Assembly: GCA_963776865.1 (NCBI GenBank)
Contig: CAVZOG010000004.1
Span: forward strand, 588,642-652,641
Source: an uncultured Chloroflexia bacterium
GTDB lineage: Bacteria > Chloroflexota > Limnocylindria > Limnocylindrales > CSP1-4
Direction of reading: 5' to 3'
DNA: 64,000 bases
Both the position numbers and the translations under genes were made by a program. The number at the start of each line of letters is the position of its first letter. Position 1 is the stretch's first letter. Positions 19,188 through 28,108 of this stretch are shown one piece after another. Below the pieces are notes generated by a model. The model was not told the DNA's origin, ran no database searches, and saw nothing but the letters and a program-made list of their open reading frames with translations.

Positions 19188-20504
19188 TTACAACGCGCGG
19201 AAGGTCAACGTCGCCAGGCGCAACGCGGTCACCTTCACATACCCGACCTTGGCGGGCTCCGGCTCTTCCGAGTTCGGGCCGAGAGCGTTGCGGCAGGCTA
19301 TGGACAAGGTGTGGCGCGCGCCAACGGATGACGCAAACTGCATCACCAACGTTCGCCCAAAGTCCGGGAACTCCTCGTAGGCTTGGTCCGTATCAGTGCC
19401 GTTCCGTAGCCGGCACGCGACCTGGTTTCCCTCGAGCGTGCTGGCCTTCGACATGACCAGCCATTTGCCAGACCCAAGCCCGATCGTCCCCAGGGTTGCG
19501 AAGGAGCTGGTCAGGTCTGGCGCCAGGAACCTCTGTCCGTGGGCCGCGACCGGTTTCCCGCTGCCGGTAGTCGTCGCCGAACCGTTCGTGAACAGGACCT
19601 GCGTAGTGGTCCCGAGCTTGATCGCCGTGATGTGGATGTCGCGGACCTCGATGCCGCTGATCTCGGCCGAGCAAGTGAGCCGAACGTCGTCGAGCGTGCG
19701 CCGTGGAGTGATGGACGCAACGAGGTTGAAGGCGACCATCTGTGAGTCGCTGTCGATCTCGAACTTACTGGGAAGCGCGTCCACCTGACCACCGGCGGCG
19801 AGCCTGCATGAGAAATCGCATCAGATGGCCAAATCGTCCGGCTCGACGACAGACATATCGGCCCGAATCAGCCACGTGCCGGCCGACAGTGGCATGGCGG
19901 CGATAGGTGAGAACGTGTCCGAGTCGGGAATCGAAACCGGTGTATTTCGGAAGCCGTGGACGACCTCGGGCTTGCCTGACCCCGTAGTCGTGGCCGCGCC
20001 CAAACCCAACGGGCGGCGGGTCAGCGTGCCGACGCGCATCGCGGCGATGCGGATTGAGTGCGCGGTCGCGCCGACGTTGTCGGCCATGCAGCGCAGCCGG
20101 AAGGCACCCACGAGGTTCGTAAAGGTGTGGTCGAGGTTGAACGACAGGTCGGCCGCGCCTTGCTCGTTGTTCTCCGGCATTCCGACGCGTGAATATCCAC
20201 GCTGCCGCGTCTGGCTGGCACCTGTGCCGGCAACGAGGTCACACACGATGTTGATGGAGCCTGAGGGTACGCGAGCTTCGAACTTGGCGAAGGCGACCCA
20301 GCGGCCGACTGGCACGGTCAGCGAGGCGATGGTCGTGAATGTGTCGGACACGGGTATCGAGATGGCGCCGGCCTTTTCGCCGGCGTAGACCTCGGGGCCG
20401 TTCCAGACCCCTGGCGGGGGTGCTGCGGACGCGACGGAGGCCGACGTCAGCAGTAGCGCAACGCTGAACATGACGCCGAAGCGCCGGAGTGGTGATCGCA
20501 GCAT
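19188..20504 (-). pseudogene. paralog of the 206-1540 secreted three-repeat protein, interrupted by one in-frame TGA
   Basis: ATG 20504 gives MLRSPLRRFGVMFSVALLLTSASVASA. ORFs 19821-20714 and 19188-19784 are in the same frame, separated by TGA at 19821-19823. The protein is collinear with the 206-1540 protein and ends VKVTALRLATLTFRAL. Confidence 0.7.
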
Positions 20505-20634
20505 GGCAACTGACCTCTCACGGACGGGCGGTGCCGCGTCGGCGGGCGCTGCAGCGAGCGTCGGCAACCAGCATGCGCTCATTGGCGGTTCCGGCGCAAC
20601 CATTATTAATGACGACTCAATGGCGCCCTCTGCG

Positions 20635-21423
20635 TCAGAGACGGAGCGGCGGGAACGTCTCGTCGGGGTCGGGTGCCACCAGTTGGTAGATGTCGTGCTC
20701 GTCTGGAATGCCACGCAAGCGGTACGCGCCCAGATGCCTCATCTCGTACGGCGCGGACTTCGCCAGGGCGGCGCGCACAGCGCTCGACAGGAGAATCTGG
20801 CCGCCGTGGCCACAGGCACACAGGCGTGAGGCTGCGTTGACGCTGATCCCGTGGTATCCGGAGGGCGTTGCCGTTGGCCGGCCGGTGTGAAGGCCAATTC
20901 GAATGCGCACGCGTCGCCCATCTGGCCAATCGCGTGCCGCCATCGCGCGCTGGATCGCGACCGCGGCCTCGACCGCTGCCGAGGCGGATCGGAAGACGGC
21001 GAAGAACTCGTCGGCGCGCGCATCTACCTCGACGCCATCACCGGCGCGAGTGGCAGCCCGTTGGATGCGTCGGACCGCGTTGATCACCGATCCGTATCGG
21101 TCCCCGAGCTCGGCCAGGTGGCTGCTGGATCCCTCGACATCCGTGAACAGGAGGGTCAGCTGGCCCGTCGGCAGCTTGGGGCGGATCTGTCCGTCGATGA
21201 ACCCGATGGGAACGATGCCGTAGCGTTTGGCTGCCTTGAGCAGCTTCGTCCTGGCCCGATCGCGAGCCGCGTCATCGTCGAAGTCGACCCGGTTGAAGCG
21301 AGCAAGCGCATTGCGGACGTGGGCTTCGTCATGTATCGGCAGACGCCGCTTGCCGGCCGAGTCGACGTAGGCAAAAGCGCTGTCGGGGAGCTTGGCGCGT
21401 TCGCTCTGGCGAAGATCGGGCAT
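20635..21423 (-). CDS. class III nucleotide cyclase with a ~65-aa N-terminal module also found stand-alone at 23532-23735
   Basis: ATG 21423 gives MPDLRQSERAKLPDSAFAYVDSAGKRRLPIHDEAHVRNALARF... The cyclase core follows: GQLTLLFTDVEGSSSHL..ADEFFAVF..IRIGLHTGRP..GISVNAASRL. The longer ORF to 21735 runs through helicase-relic sequence. Confidence 0.75.
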   Translation of the reverse strand: MPDLRQSERAKLPDSAFAYVDSAGKRRLPIHDEAHVRNALARFNRVDFDDDAARDRARTKLLKAAKRYGIVPIGFIDGQIRPKLPTGQLTLLFTDVEGSSSHLAELGDRYGSVINAVRRIQRAATRAGDGVEVDARADEFFAVFRSASAAVEAAVAIQRAMAARDWPDGRRVRIRIGLHTGRPTATPSGYHGISVNAASRLCACGHGGQILLSSAVRAALAKSAPYEMRHLGAYRLRGIPDEHDIYQLVAPDPDETFPPLRL

Positions 21424-21439
21424 CGCCCAGAATGTTCTC
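21229..21439 (-). repeat. left copy of a 211-bp direct repeat (~95% identical to 23541-23751)
   Basis: Base-by-base comparison gives about 9 mismatches and no indels. The copy covers the start codon, 16 nt upstream and the first ~64 codons of the MPDLRQSERAKLPD module. Confidence 0.85.
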
Positions 21440-21479
21440 AGTCGGCGGCCGCTCGCACTTGCGCGCACCGCAGATGCCT

Positions 21480-21779
21480 GTGCCCGTCTGGGCGCCCGCG
21501 AGCAGGTCGCGGCCGCAAGGACATGAGGGATGCCTCGCGCTGCACTGGCGTGGGCTCGGTGTAGCCCTGTTCGGCCACAGCGCGGATAGCTCGGGCGCAA
21601 CCCCACCTTGATCGAAAGACACGAGTGAATAGCTCCTGACGAGGCCCTCCCGCCTGGGCGGGGGCGGTAGGGCTTATCGGTGGGTCGAGGTCGAACGGAT
21701 TTACCGGGCGCAGACCGGAGCGCCTCATCGAACACGAATGTGAGACGCGGTGTAACGCGAAATTCGAACAGGAGTTCTA
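21480..21779 (-). pseudogene. degenerate duplicate of the rhlE-like helicase 5' end (about 50 codons) plus its leader
   Basis: It aligns with 16099-16409. GTG-SFDQ, ..GRDLLAGAQTGTG and the whole leader, including the GAAC-n4-GTTC box, are retained. Mismatches and small indels break the frame, and the copy is truncated at the Walker A motif. Confidence 0.7.
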
Positions 21780-21913
21780 CTGGAGGACAAGGGCTCGCTC
21801 AAGGCTTCGTCCCCCGCCTAACGCTCGGACCGCAAAGCGACGCCAACCACTTGCAGACGCAGGTTAGTGTTGGCGCTAAAGCGCGGAAACCAGGCCAGAA
21901 GAGGGATGCCCAA

Positions 21914-23500
21914 GTGGGAATCATCCGCGCGTCACTGATTCGCTGCCCTGATCTTGACTCTCGTCGCCCCAGCTGCGCAAGCAGCAGATCCTCTACATGT
22001 GACCTTGCCGAGTGGTCAGGCCTTGCAGGGCCTACTAGCAAGCAGTTCCTTGGAATGGCGTGGAATTCCGTACGCAGCTCCGCCGGTGGGGCCGCTTCGC
22101 TGGCGGCGTCCGCAGCCGGCGCTCCCTTGGGTAGGGACTCTCGATGCGACCGAATTCCAGGCGACCTGTTCGCAGCTCGCCTTCGATCCTGATACCGAAA
22201 CCGAGTTCGTCGACGGCAGTGAGGACTGCCTGTATCTGAACGTGTTCGCGCCAATCGACTCGGGGCCAGCGGACCTGCCGTGATGGTTCACCTGCATGGC
22301 GGCAGCAACTGGGGTTTTAGGCCGTATCGCGACGCAACCACCTTCGTAACCAAGGACGTGATCGTGGTGACGATCGGCTATCGCCTGGGCGTCTTCGGGT
22401 TTGTCGGTCATCCCGGCACTGACCGAGGAGGATGGCATAAGTTCGGGCGAATACGGCCTGCTCGACCAGATCGCGGCGCTGGAATGGGTGCGAGACAACA
22501 TCTACGGCCTTCGGTGGTGATGAGGACAACGTGACTCTCTTCGGCGAGTCAGCGGGTTCTTTCGACGGCTGCGGCGCTCGTCGTGTCACCGCTGAGCCAG
22601 GGCCTCTTCCAGAAGGCTGCGCTGCAGACCGAGTGGTACGGCGCCTCCACGGCGAGCCGATCGCTTTCTCGGAGGACATGGGTCTTGACATGTCGGCGGG
22701 CGTGGGCTGCACCGACGCGCCCGATGTCCCCGCGTGTCTGCGTGCCACGCCACGAGATGATCTCGTTTGGTCCATGGGCTTCGACGACGTCGTGCCACGC
22801 GTCGGCGGGGCCGTGTTGCCCGAATCGGTCTTTCCTGATGCTTCTGCCAGACGTGACTATCCCTCTACTGATCGGCTCGAATCGCGAGGAGTGCGTGCAC
22901 TGCCTGGGTGACCACACTTTCGGGGGTGTGCCGTACGGCAATAACTTGTACACGCGCGATACGAACTCGGTGACCGGCCCGCAGAACGGGAAAGAGATTC
23001 GGCGGTTCTATCCGAAATCCGCATTCGACTCCGCCTTGTGGGCAACCGTAGCCGCATTCACCGACGCCTCGTACACATGCCCGATGCGCCAGGTGGGGCT
23101 GGCCACGGACGCTCCTGTCTACAGGTACCTGTACACACACCGGCTCGAGAACAATGAATTCCTCAACAGCCTGCGTGCTGCTCACTTTTTGGACGAGCCG
23201 ATCCTGTGGAACGACTCGCAGTTGCTGGCAGGCTTCGGGGCTGCCGATTACGAGCGCTCTCCAGATGAGGATCTGCTGGCCCACCTCATGTCGACGTACT
23301 GGACGAACTTCGCCAAGACGGGTGACCCGAATGGTGTCGGGCTGCCAGTCTGGCCGGCTTACGTGGCTGCCACCGAAACGATCATGGAGCTCGACACCAC
23401 GCCGACTTCAATTTCGAACTGGCGAGTGGCTCAGTGCAACTTCTTCGACAGCCTTCCCGCGATCTACGCGCCACCGTGGGTATACACGCCGGCACTTTGA
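21914..23500 (+). pseudogene. type-B carboxylesterase (para-nitrobenzyl esterase-like), many frame changes
   Basis: GAGGGA precedes GTG 21914. The signal ends ..ALILTLVAPAAQA. Motifs seen are EWRGIPYAAPPVGPLRW, EDCLYLNVF, VMVHLHGG, active site LFGESAGS, and a C-terminal YWTNFAKTGDPN. The pieces are in 21954-22283, 22280-22534, 22531-22911 and 22583-23500. Confidence 0.8.
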
Positions 23501-23531
23501 GCGGGGGCGGGAGCGGCGCGCAATTCGCAAA

Positions 23532-23735
23532 TCAGCCTATGGCCGCCTTTAGCAGCTTCGTCCTGGCCCGATCGCGGGCCGCGTCATCGTCGAAGTCGAC
23601 CCGGTTGAAGCGAGCCAGCGCATTGCGCACGTGGGCTTCGTCATGTATCGGCAGCCGGCGTTTGCCGGCCGAGTCGACGTAGGCAAAAGCGCTGTCGGGG
23701 AGCTTGGCGCGCTCGCTCTGGCGAAGATCGGGCAT
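23532..23735 (-). CDS. 67-aa stand-alone copy of the MPDLRQSERAKLPDSAFAYVD module
   Basis: ATG 23735, TGA 23532-23534. The protein is nearly identical to residues 1-64 of the 20635-21423 protein. It may belong to a small conserved actinobacterial DUF, but I cannot name it with certainty. Confidence 0.6.
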   Translation of the reverse strand: MPDLRQSERAKLPDSAFAYVDSAGKRRLPIHDEAHVRNALARFNRVDFDDDAARDRARTKLLKAAIG

Positions 23736-23751
23736 CGCCCAGAATGTTCTC
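23541..23751 (-). repeat. right copy of the 211-bp direct repeat
   Basis: See 21229-21439. Confidence 0.85.
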
Positions 23752-23813
23752 TCACCAGGAGTTCGCTCGCGCGTTCGAAGGCGTCGGCCGTAGCGGCACC
23801 CCGGGCACGCAAA

Positions 23814-23840
23814 AGCCGCTCCGGCAAGACCGGAGCGGCT
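23814..23840 (-). terminator. intrinsic terminator of the 23911-24216 gene
   Basis: AGCCGCTCCGG-caaga-CCGGAGCGGCT forms a perfect 11-bp stem. On the minus strand it is followed by TTTTG. Confidence 0.55.
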
Positions 23841-23910
23841 GAAGTGGCTTTGGTGCGCCACAGGCGGGCTGGGGCCTACCTGCCGCGCATCAGGCCAATG
23901 GGGTTGTCGC

Positions 23911-24216
23911 TCAGGCGGCGACGGGTACGCCGTGGAAGAGGGCCAGGTCACCAACGTAGCTGCTGACGAGGCGAACTCGATCAGCGACGTTGTCCTTGGT
24001 CCACGTTGCGGCTGTGGTGGCCGACTGCTGGGCCTCTTCGCGAGTCTCCCAGATGGAGATCGCGACGACCTTGTTGTGGCCGGCATCCACCAGTCCGTAG
24101 TTCACGAAACCGGGCTCCTTGGTGAACATCGGCAGGATGCCCTTCTCGGCGATCCCGGTCAGCTCAGGAAAGGTGCCCTTGATCATGTCGTAGGTGGCAA
24201 ATCGCGTGTATCGCAT
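23911..24216 (-). CDS. ABM-like (dimeric alpha/beta-barrel) small protein
   Basis: ATG 24216 within ORF 23911-24768. The 101-aa protein is MRYTRFATYDMIKGTFPEL..VAISIWETREEAQQSATTAATW. The upstream part of the long ORF has non-coding composition. Confidence 0.6.
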   Translation of the reverse strand: MRYTRFATYDMIKGTFPELTGIAEKGILPMFTKEPGFVNYGLVDAGHNKVVAISIWETREEAQQSATTAATWTKDNVADRVRLVSSYVGDLALFHGVPVAA

Positions 24217-24405
24217 GCTGCTTCTCCTTGGTCTTGACGGTGGCGTATTCGACACGAAGCGGGTTCGCCCGTGGCTCTCCGTCTTTCGATGGGCCAAAGG
24301 ATCAAGCGGTTCGCTGCCTTGCAGTCGATGAACGAAGTGTACCACATGACACAGGCCGTGTAATATTCGTGACAGCCTAATACGAGTGGATACGAGGTCA
24401 AACGA

Positions 24406-24828
24406 GTGCCCAGAATCGAGTTCGAGGCAGATACAGAGGAGCAGCTGCTTGCCCTGGCGTGGCGCTGGGTGATGGGCCCGGAGCAGACATCGGGCGGCTC
24501 CGTCGTAGACGTTGCTGACCAGGCCGAGCTCCACCGTCGCCAGCTTGGCGAGGCGCTGAATGCCATTCGGGGATCCGATAGCAGACGGCTGCTGCGCGAG
24601 GTCGCCGAGCTGTCCCTTCATGGGTCGGCGCTTGTTCTCAACGCAGACCTCGCGGCTCGCTACGGCAAGCGGACGGGCACCGCCTTCGCCGGTATCGTGG
24701 CTGGCCCGAACAAGGTCATGCGTCGCGTCGCGCGACGCGACCTGGTCACCTGGGACGCCGATGCGCACGGCTATCGCATGGATCCCGTCGACGCAGAGAT
24801 CATCCTCCAGCGCTGGCCGGTGGCATAG
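24406..24828 (+). CDS. hypothetical protein
   Basis: 140-aa ORF with a GTG start and balanced amino-acid composition. No motif recognised. Confidence 0.4.
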   Translation: MPRIEFEADTEEQLLALAWRWVMGPEQTSGGSVVDVADQAELHRRQLGEALNAIRGSDSRRLLREVAELSLHGSALVLNADLAARYGKRTGTAFAGIVAGPNKVMRRVARRDLVTWDADAHGYRMDPVDAEIILQRWPVA

Positions 24829-24869
24829 CGGCCCACAGGTGCTCCGGCCGGCCGCCGATCACGCGATCC

Positions 24870-24883
24870 CGAACATCTGTTCG
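24870..24883. promoter_or_regulatory. LexA/Cheo-box-like palindrome CGAACATCTGTTCG
   Basis: A perfect GAAC-n4-GTTC core with flanking C/G. It is intergenic, about 140 nt upstream of the csp start. Confidence 0.3.
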
Positions 24884-25020
24884 ACGGCGGCATCGACAAT
24901 TGGGCCAATAGGGCGTAAGGTGGGTTCACGCCGCGCATCGCGGTGGCACCGTGTGATCGCCTTCTTCCTGAACAGATCGTGCGTAGACATCTGTCGTTCG
25001 GGAAGACTTGGAGGGTCACT

Positions 25021-25224
25021 GTGACCACCGGAACCATCAAGAAGGTCGTCGCTGATCGCGGCTTCGGCTTCATCACCGCGGATGACACGAAGGAATACTT
25101 CTTTCACCGCAACTCGCTGGATTCGTCCCTCGACTTCGACCGCCTGGTCGGTGGCGAGAAGGTCGAGTTCGACATCGAGCAGAGCGACAAGGGCCCGCGC
25201 GCGAACCGAGTTCACTCCGCCTAG
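25021..25224 (+). CDS. cspA: cold-shock protein (CspA family)
   Basis: GGAGGG precedes GTG 25021. GTIKKVVADRGFGFITADDTKEYFFH carries the RNP1 and RNP2 motifs. 67 aa. Confidence 0.9.
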   Translation: MTTGTIKKVVADRGFGFITADDTKEYFFHRNSLDSSLDFDRLVGGEKVEFDIEQSDKGPRANRVHSA

Positions 25225-25378
25225 GCTCCACCGCCCTTCACCAAGAGGCCGTCCGCAGCGATGCGGGCGGCTTTTTGCTGTCTGGCGACGGCTCGAGGGA
25301 CCAGACCGGCGCGACCTGCCAAGCGCTACCCGCGGAAACGTGACGTTCGGCACTGCCGCGCGCCCGCCTGGGCCGCCT

Positions 25379-25774
25379 ATGTTCGATCTCATGATGGGCC
25401 TGGACCGCGATCCGCAAGGCAAGACCAGCTGGGCGACCCTCGGCCGCGACGCGCGACTGTTTCGCGTCGCTCATGGCGTCTGGGGCCTGCTCAACCTGGC
25501 GGCGTTGGGCTGGGTCTGGCTGTCGGCCGCCCGGCGAAGCCGAGATCCGCTCCTGGCCGGCTCAGTCGCATTGCTGACCAGCGAGGGCGTGGCGCTCGTC
25601 GTCGGCCGAGGCAATTGTCCGTTCGGTGGCTTCCAGCGAAGCCTCGGAGACCCGGTGCCGATGTTCGAGTGGGTACTCCCGCCGCGCGCCGCCAAGGCGG
25701 CAATTCCAGCGCTCGCCGCCGTTTCCGTGATCGGCCTGGCAGCCGCCGCGCTCAGAACTCGCCGGCCCTCCTAG
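25379..25774 (+). CDS. membrane protein, unknown family
   Basis: ATG 25379 within ORF 25082-25774. 131 aa with three hydrophobic helices. Confidence 0.45.
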   Translation: MFDLMMGLDRDPQGKTSWATLGRDARLFRVAHGVWGLLNLAALGWVWLSAARRSRDPLLAGSVALLTSEGVALVVGRGNCPFGGFQRSLGDPVPMFEWVLPPRAAKAAIPALAAVSVIGLAAAALRTRRPS

Positions 25775-25879
25775 CCGCGCTGACGCCTCACGCGCACCAT
25801 TTCGCCGCGGTTGCGCGTCTTGTCTAGTAATATCATCGAGTTACTAGGCAATGACCATGAGACGGAGATGCCAGACCAG

Positions 25880-26722
25880 ATGACGACCTACGCTCGACCC
25901 GACGTACTGATCACCACTGACGAGCTCGCGGCCAGCCTGCAGACCGGCAACTACGCGATCGTCGAGGTCGATGAGGACACCGACGCCTACGCCGCGGGCC
26001 ACATCCCCGGCGCGATCAGCATCAACTGGTCGACCGAGCTGCGCTACCCGGCCCGGCGCGACTTCATCGATCGTGCCGCGCTGGCCGAGCTGCTCGGCAG
26101 CAAGGGCGTGTCCAACGACCAGGTGATCGTCCTGTACAGCGGCAACAACAACTGGTTCGCGACCTACGCCTACTGGCTCTTCGCCCTGCGCGGCGTCGAG
26201 AACGTCAAGCTGCTCGACGGCGGCCGCAAGAAGTGGGAGCTCGAAGGCCTTCCGCTGACGCAGGAGACACCGGCCGCCAATCCGACCACGTTCCAGCCGG
26301 GACCGGAGCGGCCCGAGCTGCGCGTCCAGCGCAACGCGGTCCTCGACCTGGTCGCCAAGGGCAGCGGCCGTTTCGTCGACGTGCGCTCGCCTGAGGAGTT
26401 CCGCGGCGAGCGGATCACGCCGCCGCACCTCCCGAATGAGGGTGCCCAGGTGCCCGGCCACATCCCCGGCGCGGCGAACGTGCCGTGGTCCAAGGCCGCC
26501 AACGAGGACGGCACGTTCAAGTCAGCCGACGAGCTGCGCCAGCTGTACTCCGCCGCAGGTGTAGCAGCCAACGGGCCGATCGTCGCCTATTGCCGAATCG
26601 GTGAGCGCGCCAGCCACACCTGGTTCGTGCTCGATCGGTTGCTCGGCCTTCCCAACGTGAGCAACTACGACGGCTCGTGGACCGAGTACGGCAGCCTCGT
26701 CGACGTGCCCGTGGAGCGCTGA
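25880..26722 (+). CDS. sseA: two-domain rhodanese (thiosulfate / 3-mercaptopyruvate sulfurtransferase)
   Basis: GGAG lies 12 nt before ATG 25880. MTTYARPDVLITTDELA..GHIPGAISINW is the first rhodanese domain. The active-site loop is AYCRIGERASHTWF. Confidence 0.85.
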   Translation: MTTYARPDVLITTDELAASLQTGNYAIVEVDEDTDAYAAGHIPGAISINWSTELRYPARRDFIDRAALAELLGSKGVSNDQVIVLYSGNNNWFATYAYWLFALRGVENVKLLDGGRKKWELEGLPLTQETPAANPTTFQPGPERPELRVQRNAVLDLVAKGSGRFVDVRSPEEFRGERITPPHLPNEGAQVPGHIPGAANVPWSKAANEDGTFKSADELRQLYSAAGVAANGPIVAYCRIGERASHTWFVLDRLLGLPNVSNYDGSWTEYGSLVDVPVER

Positions 26723-28092
26723 GTGGCGACCACCATCGCCATCGTCGGCGGCGGTGCGTCGGGCACGATCAGCGCCATCTCGCTGTTGCGCCACCCATCG
26801 CCAGAGCCCAGGCGCGTCGTCGTCATTGAACCGTCAACGCGTCTGGGCGCCGGAGTGGCGTACGGCACCCAATCCGAAGCTCACCTGCTCAACGTCCGTG
26901 CCAGCGGTATGAGCGCACTTGCCGACGATCCCAGCCACTTCCTCGCCTGGGGGCGGGAGTGGGGGATCGCGGCCACCGGGGCGGAGTTCGTGCCGCGCCT
27001 TCACTACGGCCGGTACCTGCGCGACACCCTGGCCACGGCCGAGGCCTACGCTCCGGCGAGCTCCAAGTTTGCGCACCGACCACGCGCCGTCACCGCAATT
27101 CGGCCGACTGTCCCCGGTTCGGACAGCTTCACGCTGTTGCTCGACGACGACACCGAGCTGTCAGCGGATCACGTCGTCCTCGCCACGGGCAACCATTTCT
27201 CGGCGCCGGCGTGGCTGCCGCGGCACCCGTGCGTTGTCGCCGATCCGTGGCAGCCCGGCGCGGTCGAGGCGCTCAGCGGCGCCGGCAGTGTGCTGGTCAT
27301 CGGGACCGGCCTGACGGCAGTCGATGTCGTCCTGACCCTGCGCGACTCCGGCTTTCAGCGGCACGGCGCACCTCGTTTCGAGCCACGGCCTGTTTCCAGC
27401 CACTCACCGTGAAGGGGCGCCTCGTGCCCAGGCGCGCCCGCCGGCGATCAACGCTGGCTACGCGGCTGCCCGCACGGCGCGCGGCCTCGTGCGTGCGCTG
27501 CGTGCGGACGCGCAGCGTGCCGACGACTGGCGTGAATCGGTCGATTCGATCCGTCCCGTGACCACCGATCTGTGGCGTGGACTGCCGCGCGACGAACAGC
27601 AGCGTGCCCTGCGCCACGCCGCGCGTCATTGGGAAGTCAGGCGGCATCGAATGGCGCCGCAGGTCGCCGTCGCGCTCGAGAAGCTCCGCCACGCCGGACG
27701 GCTGACCGCCGAAAAGGGTCGCGTGGTCGACATCGAGCCAATCGGGACCGTGCTTCGCGTGACCTCGGTCCATGGCGGCATCCAGTCGATCCGCGAGGTG
27801 GACGCGGTGATCAGCTGCGTCGGCCCGACCGCTGATCCGAGGCAGACATCCGCTGCTTGCCGGACTGATCGAGGCCGGCAGCGCAACCCGTCATCCGCTC
27901 GGCCTGGGTCTCGACGTGGAGACCGACGGTCGAATTCGGAGACCTGACGGATCGGCCTGGAACACCTTCTGGTCGGTCGGCCCGCTGCGCAAGGGCGCCG
28001 ACTGGGAGTCGACTGCCATTCCGGAGATCCGGCGCCAGGCCCGCGATCTCGCCGCTTCCCTTCTCGAAACCCCCGACCACTCACTCAACTAG
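26723..28092 (+). pseudogene. FAD/NAD(P)-binding oxidoreductase (FAD-NAD(P)-binding domain family), frame interrupted
   Basis: GTG 26723 abuts the rhodanese stop. The dinucleotide fold is IAIVGGGASGTISAISLL. There is a second GXG, VLVIGTGLTAVDVVL. The body continues in 27489-27947 and a third frame, to TAG 28090-28092. Confidence 0.65.
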
Positions 28093-28108
28093 AAGGAGCA
28101 ACGCAGCC

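Noticed and set aside
19821-19823. In-frame TGA as selenocysteine or programmed read-through
   Set aside because: I saw no hairpin resembling a bacterial SECIS directly downstream. The paralog has no Cys/Sec clearly aligned at that position. A nonsense mutation or a base-call error is simpler.
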